Source: an uncultured candidate division Zixibacteria bacterium
GTDB lineage: Bacteria; Zixibacteria; MSB-5A5; RBG-16-43-9
NCBI GenBank assembly: GCA_963713865.1
Contig: OY970208.1
Span: 1,024,001 to 1,088,000, forward strand
Reading direction: 5' to 3'
Length of the DNA stretch: 64,000 nucleotides
The notes beneath the pieces are model-generated. The model ran no database searches. It was not told where the DNA came from and worked only from the letters and a program-made list of their open reading frames with translations. Below, in pieces: positions 51,784 through 60,775 of the stretch (its first letter is position 1; each line of letters starts with the position of its first letter). Position numbers and translations under genes: made by a program.

Positions 51784-51994
51784 GTAGAGACGCATCGCTA
51801 TGCGTCTCTATGTTTTTCATTTACCCCTCCTTGATGGGAGGGATAAAGAGAGGGTGAAAATTTCTTTTTTACATATTCCTTCTCCCCCGCCTCTGGCGGG
51901 ATTTTCAACCTAGCCCTCTCCCACAAGGGGAGAGGGAACTATGTAGTTGCCCAATTTATTGGGCGTTTCTTTGCTAGATAAATCGGGCAATTAC
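51784..51994. repeat. Dense mosaic of REP-like palindromes
   Basis: GTAGAGACGC hairpin (51784), CCCTCC-TTGAT-GGGAGGG, CCCGCCTCTGGCGGG, CCCTCTCCC-ACAA-GGGGAGAGGG, GTAGTTGCCC..GGGCAATTAC. Confidence 0.75.
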
Positions 51995-52291
51995 TTTTTC
52001 TTATATACGAAATCTGCTGGCACGACTACAATAGAGTCGTTCCCTCCATAAGGACTGGGCACATACTTATGCGCAACTGGATCATTTAGCCATTTGTCAT
52101 CCACTAAATATTTGAATTTATACTCCCCGGGCTTTAGAGCCAAAGAGAGCTTCCAGAACGTCTTTGATCTTTTTCATAGGATTTTTCTTATGGTCCCATT
52201 TATTGAAATCTCCTACTAAAAAGACTTTCTTTGCCTCAAGCAGGTCCAAGCTAAAAGTGGTCTTCTTGGTCTTGGGGTTAATATCTATCAT
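51991..52291 (-). pseudogene. Small CBM48/AMPK-glycogen-binding (isoamylase early-set) protein with a +1 frameshift; not in the ORF track
   Basis: ATG 52291 with SD AGGAGGTG: MIDINPKTKKTTFSLDLLEAKKVFLVGDFNKWDHKKNPMK, then +1 frame FWKLSLALKPGEYKFKYLVDDKWLNDP..SPYGGNDSIVVV; span 301 nt; an extra A in the run at 52170-52174 would explain it. Confidence 0.85.
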
Positions 52292-52329
52292 CTCTCACCT
52301 CCTGGTATTTTTGTGTTTTTCTTTTCAAT

Positions 52330-52394
52330 GTAGGGGAAACCTTTAGGTTTCCATTCTTTTGAGCTGAAAATGGAAGGCTGAAGCCTTCCGCTAC
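52330..52394. repeat. REPIN-like inverted GTAG-REP pair
   Basis: GTAGGGGAAACCTTTAGGTTTCC...GGAAGGCTGAAGCCTTCCGCTAC. Confidence 0.7.
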
Positions 52395-52524
52395 AAAATC
52401 CCTAAAAAGTTTTGATTAATATAGTATCAAAATATGTTCAAAAGCAACTTATTTTAGAGAATATGATATGGCTTGATAAATCAACCACCTGCAAATGCAG
52501 GGGTTCTATTTATCGAACCCTAAT

Positions 52525-54660
52525 TTATTTGTCTATCCTTAATACCTTAAAAATGAACGCATATTCAAACGCAACATCTTTTAACTCATCATACCGGCCG
52601 GAGGAGCCTCCGTGTCCTGCGCCCATATTCGTTTTCAGCAAAAGAAGATTTTCATCTGTTTTCAAAGCCCTGAGCTTAGCAGTCCATTTTGCTGGCTCCC
52701 AGTAAGCTACCCGGGGATCGTTCAACCCGGCGGTAATCAGGAGATTAGGATAATTTTTTGGTGCGACATTATCGTATGGAGAATAGGACCGCATATAATC
52801 ATAATATTGTGGACTATTCGGATTCCCCCATTCTTCATATTCGATAACCGTCAAGGGGATGGAGGGGTCCATCATCGTATTGATCAGGTCCACAAAGGGG
52901 ACATTGGCAATGACTGTTTTAAACAGGTCCGGGCGCATATTATTAACCGAACCTATTAATAATCCTCCAGCACTTACCCCCTGGATTACCAACTTATTAT
53001 TTGAGGTATATTTTTCAGCAATCAGATGCTCTGCACAGGAGATGAAGTCAGTAAAAGTATTCTTTTTGTTCAAGAGTTTACCCTGGTCGTACCAGTACCT
53101 GCCCATCTCACCACCACCTCTGACATGAGCGATGGCACAGGTAAAACCCCGGTCCAGAAGGCTCAAGAGATTTGATGAAAAGTAAGGCTCTGAGCTGATC
53201 CCATAGGCACCGTATCCATACAAAAGCAAAGGGTTACTTCCGTTTTTAGCCATCCCTTTTTTGTAAACCAGCGAGATCGGAATCATAGTGCCGTCTATGG
53301 CTTTAGCGAAAACCCTTTCCGATTGATAAAGCGAGGGGTCATACCCGCCCAGGACCTCGTCCTGCTTTTTCAATTCGCGGATTTGCGTATCCATATTATA
53401 ATCGAATACTGATCGGGGAGTGACTAAAGAGGTATAATTAAACCGGAGGAGATTGGTATTGAAATCCGGGTTTCTTGCTGGCCAGAAGGTGTAGACCGGC
53501 TCAAGAAAAGGGACATAATGAACTTCGTTGCTGGACAGATTGGTAATCCGGATTTTCTTTAACCCTCTTTCCCGCTCATAGACCACGAGGTGATTTTTAA
53601 AAACCTCGATGCCATCTATTTTTACCGAATCGCGATTGGGAATGATCTCCTTCCAGTTCTCTTTTGAGGGGTTAGTAATCGGGACTTGCATCAGTTTGAA
53701 GTTTTTCGCATTGTCATTGGTCAGGATGTAGAATTTATCCCCGTGCTGCTCGACCGAATATTCCATTTCGTGCTGGCGGGGCTGAATTATCTTGAAATCA
53801 CCATCCGGATGATAGGCGTCCAGATACCAGTCCTCTGAGGTAGTTTCGCTTTCCAGAACCAGGAAAAGGTAGGCTTTGCTTTTCGATTTCTTCAGGTCCA
53901 GGTTGAAGGCTTCGTCTTTTTCATGATAGACTAAAGCATCATTTTTCGGATCAGTGCCTAAGAGGTGGCGATAAAGCTTATAAGGGCGTTTAGCTTCATC
54001 CAACGTATTGTAAAAGACAGTATTGTTGTCATTGGCCCATTCTGCAGAATAAGAAGTGTTCGGGATAACATCAGTCAGCTCTTTTCCCGTGTTAAGGTTT
54101 TTGAAATAAAGGGTAAAATCCTCCGCTCCGGTTGTATCTATGGAATAAGCCAAAAGTTGATGATCAGGGCTTACTTTGTAAACTCCAACGTCAAGATAGT
54201 TATGCCCTTTGGCAAGCTCATTCGCATCCAGCAAAATCTCCTCTGGAGCATTCAGGTTTCCTTTTTTCCGGCAGTAAATCTGATACTGCTTTCCCTCTTC
54301 GGTGCGGGTATAATAGTAGAAACTGTCTATTTTTTCCGGGACAGAAAGGTCGGTCTCTTTTATCCGGCTCAAAAGCTCGTCGAATAATCTTTTCTGCAAT
54401 TCTTCAGTCGGCTTCATCACCTCTTCGGTATATTTGTTCTCAGCTTCAAGGTATTTTATAACTTCTGGATTATCCCTATCCCTCAGCCAGAAATAGTTGT
54501 CAATCCGAATGTCTCCATGCAGAGTATCTATTTTGGGAATTTTTTGAGCAACTGGCGGGGCTATTGTTTGAGCTACTGTGGATATGCAGTGCCAGGAAAA
54601 AAGAAGGCTGAATAAAATCACCCAGCTTAGCATTCGATAGATTCTTCTTTTTGAGAACAT
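52525..54660 (-). CDS. ptrB: Oligopeptidase B (S9A) with N-terminal signal peptide
   Basis: DNYFWLRD, YGYGAYG, RGGGEMG, GVSAGG nucleophile, NDPRV, GAGHGG. Confidence 0.93.
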   Translation of the reverse strand: MFSKRRIYRMLSWVILFSLLFSWHCISTVAQTIAPPVAQKIPKIDTLHGDIRIDNYFWLRDRDNPEVIKYLEAENKYTEEVMKPTEELQKRLFDELLSRIKETDLSVPEKIDSFYYYTRTEEGKQYQIYCRKKGNLNAPEEILLDANELAKGHNYLDVGVYKVSPDHQLLAYSIDTTGAEDFTLYFKNLNTGKELTDVIPNTSYSAEWANDNNTVFYNTLDEAKRPYKLYRHLLGTDPKNDALVYHEKDEAFNLDLKKSKSKAYLFLVLESETTSEDWYLDAYHPDGDFKIIQPRQHEMEYSVEQHGDKFYILTNDNAKNFKLMQVPITNPSKENWKEIIPNRDSVKIDGIEVFKNHLVVYERERGLKKIRITNLSSNEVHYVPFLEPVYTFWPARNPDFNTNLLRFNYTSLVTPRSVFDYNMDTQIRELKKQDEVLGGYDPSLYQSERVFAKAIDGTMIPISLVYKKGMAKNGSNPLLLYGYGAYGISSEPYFSSNLLSLLDRGFTCAIAHVRGGGEMGRYWYDQGKLLNKKNTFTDFISCAEHLIAEKYTSNNKLVIQGVSAGGLLIGSVNNMRPDLFKTVIANVPFVDLINTMMDPSIPLTVIEYEEWGNPNSPQYYDYMRSYSPYDNVAPKNYPNLLITAGLNDPRVAYWEPAKWTAKLRALKTDENLLLLKTNMGAGHGGSSGRYDELKDVAFEYAFIFKVLRIDK

Positions 54661-54807
54661 CTGAAATCTCCTTTATTTTATCATTAAGTATGTAAGGTAT
54701 TAAGTTTTTTAAGTTGGTCTGGGAATTGGATCTCCAACACCTTTTAACTCTTGTATGAGTATGGTAGGGTCACATTGTCCCGCCAAAGGCTGGATGTCCC
54801 TACAGTT

Positions 54808-55524
54808 CTAAACCAACCTCCCATAAACCTTAATCACATCCCCATTAATAGATTTCGCCTCATCCGAGCAGAGGAAGAGAATCGTTTTCGCCACATCTTC
54901 TAGCTCGACCCATTTGGAGGGGTCTGGTTTTGTAATAGATTTGATATTCTGTTCTGTTTTCACCAGGCTCAATGCCACTGCATTTACATTTATTCCAGAA
55001 TCCTTAACCTCTTTTGCCAGAGTCTCGGTCAAATTTATCAAAGCTGACTTTGAGGCTGAATAGGGACCCATTCCCGCTACTGGTTCTAAGGCTAATTTGG
55101 CTGAGATATTCACTATTTTGCCATATTTCTGTTTGAGCATATAAGATAATACAAATTTTGAGCAGAGGAAAGCAGATTTTAAATTCAGATTGAAAATATA
55201 ATCCCAGGTTTTCTCCTCTAAATCCACAATGTTAAAAGAAGGGGTAACACCACCAACTCCATTAACTAATATGTCTATTCTACCAAGTTTAGAAACTGTT
55301 TCTTCGATAAGTTTTTTCACCTGTTCGGCTATGGTTACATCAACTTTTTTTCCAAAAAGATTTTCTTTGTATTCAGAAAACTTTGGTAAAATCTCGTTAA
55401 ATTGTTCCTCTCTCCGATAAGTAACCAAAACTTTAGCCCCTTCCCGGAGAAAAGTTTCTGCGATAACTCTGCCGATAGCTCCGGTTCCGCCGGTGATTAT
55501 AGCGATTTTATCTTTTAGTTTCAT
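54808..55524 (-). CDS. Short-chain dehydrogenase/reductase
   Basis: ITGGTGAIG, DILVNGVG, YSASK. Confidence 0.9.
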   Translation of the reverse strand: MKLKDKIAIITGGTGAIGRVIAETFLREGAKVLVTYRREEQFNEILPKFSEYKENLFGKKVDVTIAEQVKKLIEETVSKLGRIDILVNGVGGVTPSFNIVDLEEKTWDYIFNLNLKSAFLCSKFVLSYMLKQKYGKIVNISAKLALEPVAGMGPYSASKSALINLTETLAKEVKDSGINVNAVALSLVKTEQNIKSITKPDPSKWVELEDVAKTILFLCSDEAKSINGDVIKVYGRLV

Positions 55525-55673
55525 TTATTCTGTCTCCCTCCCTTGATGGCCGATTAAGCTTTACGGCTCGTAGAGGAGGGATAAAGGGAGGGTGAAATTT
55601 GTTTTTATTTTCCCTCTCCCTAACCCTCTCCCACAAGGGGAGAGGGGATTTTTTTGCTCGATTAATCGAGCAA

Positions 55674-57644
55674 CTACATCCTTTGTTTCTCAGGCTTGCC
55701 CAGCCGGGTAGAATTCCACAAAAGGAAAATGATAATGGCAAAACAGATCAGGGCTAACCAGGGTCCGAAACTACCGGAAAGGCTCACTGCTTCATGCGAT
55801 TCCCAAAAAGCAGCATAACTCGGTACAGAGGCAATAAGGAAAGCAATTAAAACCCCGACTAAAGCATCACCTGCTACCAGCCCTGAGCTGAACAGGATTC
55901 CGTTCCCTTCCCTTTCTTTATACTGATGTTCTTTGGACAATTTCTGCACTATAAGAGCGATTATCCCTCCAGCCATAATCGGGGTGGAAAGGTCCAAAGG
56001 CAGATACAAACCGATGGCAAAGGGCAAAGATGAAACCCCTAAAAGCTCAACTGTTAAAGCTATCATCGCTCCGGCAATTATATAGAGCCAGGGAATACCA
56101 CCGGTCATAACCCCCTGAACCACGGTTGCCATCACATTAGCCTGGGGGGCTAAAAGGGGTACAGGATGAGCATCGCTTTTGACAAATCCAAAAGCAGAAT
56201 TTAGAAGAAAAACTGTAAACCCCATAAAGATAGCCGGGAAAATCAATCCCACAAACTCCATCAACTGCTGGCTTTTCGGAGTTGAGCCCAGGAGATAGCC
56301 GGTTTTTAAATCCTGAGCGATATCCCCGGACATACATACTGCTATGCAAACCACCGTGCCTATAGTCATAACTGTGACCATCCCTTTAAAGCCGGACACT
56401 CCAAAAGCTAAAAGGACTAAACTGGTGACTAAAATTGTAGCTAAAGTCATTCCAGAGACCGGAGAAGATGAGCTCCCCACAATTCCCACAATTCGGGCTG
56501 CCACGGCTACAAAGAAGAAGCCAAAGATTACGATCAGTAATGTTCCCAAGAAATGAAGATTTGTTCCAGGGTAGACCCAGATCAACAAAGTAGCTAAAAG
56601 GGAACCAAATAAAACCACATACATCGGAAGGTCCTGGTCAGTTCTAAGCTTCTGAGGCTGTCCTGATTTCTTCTGAGTTATTTCTTTTACTCCTCCAGCA
56701 AAAGAGTGGACAATAGCAGGAATAGCTTTAGCTAAGCTGACAAAACCTCCTAATCCTACTGCTCCCACTCCTAAAAATTTTATGAAATTGTTTCTGATCT
56801 CCGAGGGGGTCATCTCTGAGATAAGCTTAGTTGCTGGTGGAACTAAATTTGGCATATATTGTCCCAAGTAAGCGATCAAAGGGGCTATACCCAAATAACC
56901 TAATACTGCACCTGCCAGCATAAGGGCGGAAGTTCGTGGACCTATGATATAACCCACTCCTAACAGGGCTGGGGTAGCGTCGATTCCTACATTAGCTCCC
57001 TTGAGGAAGGGAAGGTTATAATTGGGAGTCTCGGGCCAGAGCCTGATACCGCCCATTAAAGTCTTGTATAAAGCTGAAAATCCTATACCAAAAAATACAG
57101 TCTTAGCTTTACTTCCTCCTACATCCCCGGCTTTTAAAATCTCGGCGCAGGCGGTCCCTTCAGGGAATCTCAATCTTCCATGTTCTCTAACAATCAGATA
57201 CCTTCTTAAAGGGATCATAAACAAAATCCCTAAGGTACCCCCCAGGATGGACAAAAAGATTATATCTAAATTTGAAATAGGATGAGAGAAACCAGAAAGG
57301 GTCTCATTCCAGATGAAAAAAGCCGGGATGGTGAAGATAATTCCTGCAGCTAAGGATTCACCAGAAGAGCCTATGGTTTGAACGATATTATTCTCCAAAA
57401 CCGTTCCCGTTTTGAAAATCCCTCTTAAAACTGCCATAGAGATTACTGCCGCAGGGATAGAGGCAGAAACAGTCATACCCACTTTTAAACCTAAGTAAGC
57501 GTTAGCTACTCCAAAGACAACGGCGATGATGGCACCCAGGATAATCGCCCTCAGGGTAAGCTCCGGTATCTTTTCATGAGCTTTTATATACGGCTCAAAC
57601 TGGTTTTGGTTCGGTTCAACCTTTTTTGGTTCAGGACTTCTCAT
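55674..57644 (-). CDS. OPT-family oligopeptide transporter
   Basis: ELTLRA..YLGLKVG, ENNIVQT, FPEGTACA, QDLKTG, APQA; many TM helices. Confidence 0.92.
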   Translation of the reverse strand: MRSPEPKKVEPNQNQFEPYIKAHEKIPELTLRAIILGAIIAVVFGVANAYLGLKVGMTVSASIPAAVISMAVLRGIFKTGTVLENNIVQTIGSSGESLAAGIIFTIPAFFIWNETLSGFSHPISNLDIIFLSILGGTLGILFMIPLRRYLIVREHGRLRFPEGTACAEILKAGDVGGSKAKTVFFGIGFSALYKTLMGGIRLWPETPNYNLPFLKGANVGIDATPALLGVGYIIGPRTSALMLAGAVLGYLGIAPLIAYLGQYMPNLVPPATKLISEMTPSEIRNNFIKFLGVGAVGLGGFVSLAKAIPAIVHSFAGGVKEITQKKSGQPQKLRTDQDLPMYVVLFGSLLATLLIWVYPGTNLHFLGTLLIVIFGFFFVAVAARIVGIVGSSSSPVSGMTLATILVTSLVLLAFGVSGFKGMVTVMTIGTVVCIAVCMSGDIAQDLKTGYLLGSTPKSQQLMEFVGLIFPAIFMGFTVFLLNSAFGFVKSDAHPVPLLAPQANVMATVVQGVMTGGIPWLYIIAGAMIALTVELLGVSSLPFAIGLYLPLDLSTPIMAGGIIALIVQKLSKEHQYKEREGNGILFSSGLVAGDALVGVLIAFLIASVPSYAAFWESHEAVSLSGSFGPWLALICFAIIIFLLWNSTRLGKPEKQRM

Positions 57645-57835
57645 ATTCCTCCTCTTAGCTTAAAATTTGAAAGATCAGTTTTCAATAATTACCCAAAGCT
57701 AATATTATGAAAGCTCTGAGTCAAGTTTTTTCAGTTTGGAGGGATTCAAAATTTTAAACCCCTACAAATTGTTTTCTTGTTGGCGACCCTGAAAGGGTCA
57801 CACTTGTATATTGAATATTATGTTTATATTTTACA

Positions 57836-58016
57836 GGTGAATAAGGGATATACCCTTCACCCAATGGTGGAAGGGAACCTTGCCGACAGATCGTGTCGCA
57901 CTTGGGCTAAAAGCTCGTTCGTAGCTTGGTCGTCGGCAAGGTCCCTTGTGCCTCTGCAAGCTCGAACAGTCGAATGGTTAAAAAGACCGCATAGCAAGTA
58001 TGGGCTACCAGAGGCA
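57836..58016 (+). ncRNA. IS110 bridge RNA (5' stem-loop, target-binding loop, donor-binding loop)
   Basis: Three stems (57836-57861; 57873-57945; 57949-58016). Internal-loop guides TGTCGCACT, TCGTAG, ACAGTCG and CAAG match this element's own target and donor. Confidence 0.85.
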
Positions 58017-58049
58017 AGTTAATTAAATTATACTAAAGGAGGAGTAGTT

Positions 58050-58976
58050 ATGCAACAGATAGTTTGCGGGATTGACGTTAGTTCAGAGGAGCTTGAAGCT
58101 TGCATTCTTTTGGCAGATGATACTGCTAATCCACACCGCCGGACCTTCAGCAACACCAGGAAAGGTATTAAGAAGTTCATATCTTGGTTAAGGGGTAACA
58201 AAGTAGAGTTGGTAGTTATGGAGGCATCAGGAGGGTATGAGCGGGTTTGTAGGAGGATGTTAAGAGAGTTAGGGATTCAGGCTCATGTAGTTAATCCTGC
58301 ACGGGTAAGGCATTTTGCCAGGGGGATAGGAAAACTGGCGAAGACGGACAAGATTGATGCCCGGGTTATAGCCAGATTTGGACAGGTGGTGAAGTTAGAG
58401 GAGTTAGGGGAGATAAGTGAGATGGAGTTGGAGATTCAGGAGCTTATCAAAAGGCGGCAGGAGTTGCAGGAAATGGTAGTGGCAGAGAAAAACAGGCTTC
58501 GTATAGCAGAGAGGGAAAAGGCAAAAAGCCTTAAAAGGATAATCAAGGTATTGGAGAAGGAGCTTGAGCTGATGGATGAGAGGATAAAGGAATTAGCTCA
58601 AAAAGATGATCAGATTATGCGGAAGGTTGGATTTTTAAGAAGGGAAAAAGGGATGGGATTTATCACCGCTATAAGTTTACTTTCTTGTTTACCTGAGTTG
58701 GGGAGAGTAGATAGGAAAAAGATATCTGCGTTGGCGGGGGTGTCACCTTTCAACCGAGAGAGTGGCAAGTGGAAAGGTAAAAGCTTCATAAGTGGAGGAC
58801 GTGGACTCATAAGAAAGATCCTGTATATGCCTGTCTTGGTAGCAATAAGATTTAACCAGAAGCTAAAAGAGTTTTATCAGAGGTTATTAGCTTCAGGAAA
58901 GGCAAAAAAAGTAGCCGTGGTTGCGGTGATGCGCAAATTACTAATTATCTGTAATGCCATTTTAAAAAATGCTTGA
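58050..58976 (+). CDS. IS110-family DEDD recombinase/transposase
   Basis: GIDVS, MEASG, KTDKID (DEDD RuvC-like domain); RESGKW catalytic-Ser motif; SD AAGGAGGAG. Confidence 0.95.
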   Translation: MQQIVCGIDVSSEELEACILLADDTANPHRRTFSNTRKGIKKFISWLRGNKVELVVMEASGGYERVCRRMLRELGIQAHVVNPARVRHFARGIGKLAKTDKIDARVIARFGQVVKLEELGEISEMELEIQELIKRRQELQEMVVAEKNRLRIAEREKAKSLKRIIKVLEKELELMDERIKELAQKDDQIMRKVGFLRREKGMGFITAISLLSCLPELGRVDRKKISALAGVSPFNRESGKWKGKSFISGGRGLIRKILYMPVLVAIRFNQKLKEFYQRLLASGKAKKVAVVAVMRKLLIICNAILKNA

Positions 58977-59086
58977 TTTTCAAGACAGTCGCTACGATGT
59001 TCAGGTACATTTAAAAAACTTTCTCCTTGCTTTCTCTTCTGAAAAACTTAAATTCTTTAAAGGACGTTCATCCAAGGAGATGTTTT

Positions 59087-60775
59087 ATGACCCATAAAGG
59101 TTACAGGTTTTTTTGCGGTTCGGTCTTAATCTTTTTTCTTTTTACAGCCTTTACTTTCGCTCAAGAGAGGAAAAGCAGTAAAAGTTTTAACGATTATCTT
59201 GCTTTTAGCCATTTCGTAAATGGAACCTTATATGAGCTTTCCGGGGACTTAAATTCAGCCGTTCAGGAATATAAAAATGCCCTGAATTATTCACCTGAGT
59301 CCTACACCCTGAAATTTTCCCTGGCTCAGGATTATTTCAAGTTAGGAGATATTGAGAATGCTTTAAAAGAGGTGGAAAAGATAGAGCCTAAAACGGGTGA
59401 AGCCTGGGCTTTTATGGGAGATTGTTACCGTAATCTGAATAAAAAAGATAAAACCATCGAGTCTTACAAAAGGGCAGTTCAGACTGATTCTAATCTTATA
59501 GCACCTTACTGGTATCTTGCCCAGGACTGGCAACAAGCAGGAAAAATTGATTCAGCCATCTATGCCTGGAGAAAAATAGCTTCAGACTCTCCGTTTAGTA
59601 AATCGATCTATTTGAATTTAGGATTTCTTTTAGAAACGCAAGGCAGGTTGGATGAAGCACTGCAGGAGTATAAAAGAGCTTCAAATGTGGATCCCTACGA
59701 CAAAAAAGCCCTTTTGTCCATAGGGGGAGTGTATGAAGCGCAAAAGGATTTCACTCAGGCAATAAGAGTATATCAGGAAGCCTTAGCCCAGGATACAACC
59801 GATATACTCGTTCGCACCAAACTGGTTCAGCTTTATTTTAACTCCGGAGACAGGGAAAAAGCTTTAGATGAAGGAATTAAACTATATGAACTTCGTCCAC
59901 AGGATAAGAATGTCAAAAGGTTATTAGGAGGAATCTATCTTTCCCTGCAAAAATACCCTCAGGCAGAGACTCTTTTCTCTGAATATATTAAAGCTGATTC
60001 AACTGACCCTGGCGGTTATCTTTTTTTAGGCAGAACTTTCTTAGAAGAAAAAAAATATCCACAGGCTAAAACTATGTTCCAGAGAACTATCGCCCTGAAC
60101 GATTCATTGTCCGGAAACGGATCCGTAGGACAGGAAGCCTGGGTAAATTTAGGAATAACTTACTTAGAGGAAGATAGCCTTTTAAAGGCAAAAGAAACAT
60201 TTTCACAGGCACTTCCTAAAGTTGAGAGGAAAGACGAAATTTATTATTTTTTGGGTCTGGTTTATTCCAGACTGAAGGAATTTCCTCAAGCGATAGAATT
60301 TTTACTGAAGGCTGATTCTCTCAATCCGGAGAACACTCAGGTCCTTTTCCTTTTGGGCTCAGCTTATGAACAGAGTAAAAACTTTGAGCTATCGGTCTCT
60401 ACTTTTGAAAAGGTTTTATCAAAGGACCCGGAAAATGATGAAGCTTTGAACTACTTAGGTTATATGTTAACAGATAAAGGGGTAAGGTTAGATGAAGCTT
60501 TAAAAATGATTGAAAAAGCTTTGGAGAAAAAGCCGGACAATGGTGCCTATTTAGATAGTTACGGCTGGATTTTGTTCAGACTGGGAAAAGTAAATGAAGC
60601 TGAAATCCAGATAAGGAAAGCATTAAAGACCCAGTTTAAAGATGCAGTGCTCTATGAACATTTAGGTGATATCTTAGATGCCTCAGGTAGAAAAGAAGAA
60701 GCAAGGCAACAGTGGGAAAAAGCTTTGGAGCTTAACCCTGAGAACGAAAAGATTAAAGCGAAATTGGGGAAATAA
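59087..60775 (+). CDS. Secreted tetratricopeptide-repeat protein
   Basis: Signal peptide from MTHKG (SD AAGGAG); many TPRs; ALNYLGY..YLDSYGW..EHLGD C-terminus. Confidence 0.88.
   Translation: MTHKGYRFFCGSVLIFFLFTAFTFAQERKSSKSFNDYLAFSHFVNGTLYELSGDLNSAVQEYKNALNYSPESYTLKFSLAQDYFKLGDIENALKEVEKIEPKTGEAWAFMGDCYRNLNKKDKTIESYKRAVQTDSNLIAPYWYLAQDWQQAGKIDSAIYAWRKIASDSPFSKSIYLNLGFLLETQGRLDEALQEYKRASNVDPYDKKALLSIGGVYEAQKDFTQAIRVYQEALAQDTTDILVRTKLVQLYFNSGDREKALDEGIKLYELRPQDKNVKRLLGGIYLSLQKYPQAETLFSEYIKADSTDPGGYLFLGRTFLEEKKYPQAKTMFQRTIALNDSLSGNGSVGQEAWVNLGITYLEEDSLLKAKETFSQALPKVERKDEIYYFLGLVYSRLKEFPQAIEFLLKADSLNPENTQVLFLLGSAYEQSKNFELSVSTFEKVLSKDPENDEALNYLGYMLTDKGVRLDEALKMIEKALEKKPDNGAYLDSYGWILFRLGKVNEAEIQIRKALKTQFKDAVLYEHLGDILDASGRKEEARQQWEKALELNPENEKIKAKLGK

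Larger units (their letters stand above)
57803..58993 (+). mobile_element. Complete IS110-family (IS621-like) insertion sequence inserted in a GTAG-REP; CT core at both junctions
   Basis: Left junction GGTCACA-CT-TGTAT (core 57803-57804), right junction ACAGTCG-CT-ACGAT (core 58992-58993). Excision restores a REP ending CTAC; the circle junction forms TTGATT-N17-TATATT. Confidence 0.9.

Noticed and set aside
57777-58022. 81-aa ORF upstream of the transposase
   Set aside because: It crosses the IS boundary and overlaps the bridge RNA; no SD
57797-58990. Alternative IS110 boundary using the shared GTC trinucleotide
   Set aside because: The CT core matches all four guides and gives a 17-bp junction promoter; GTC gives 19 bp and a poorer guide fit
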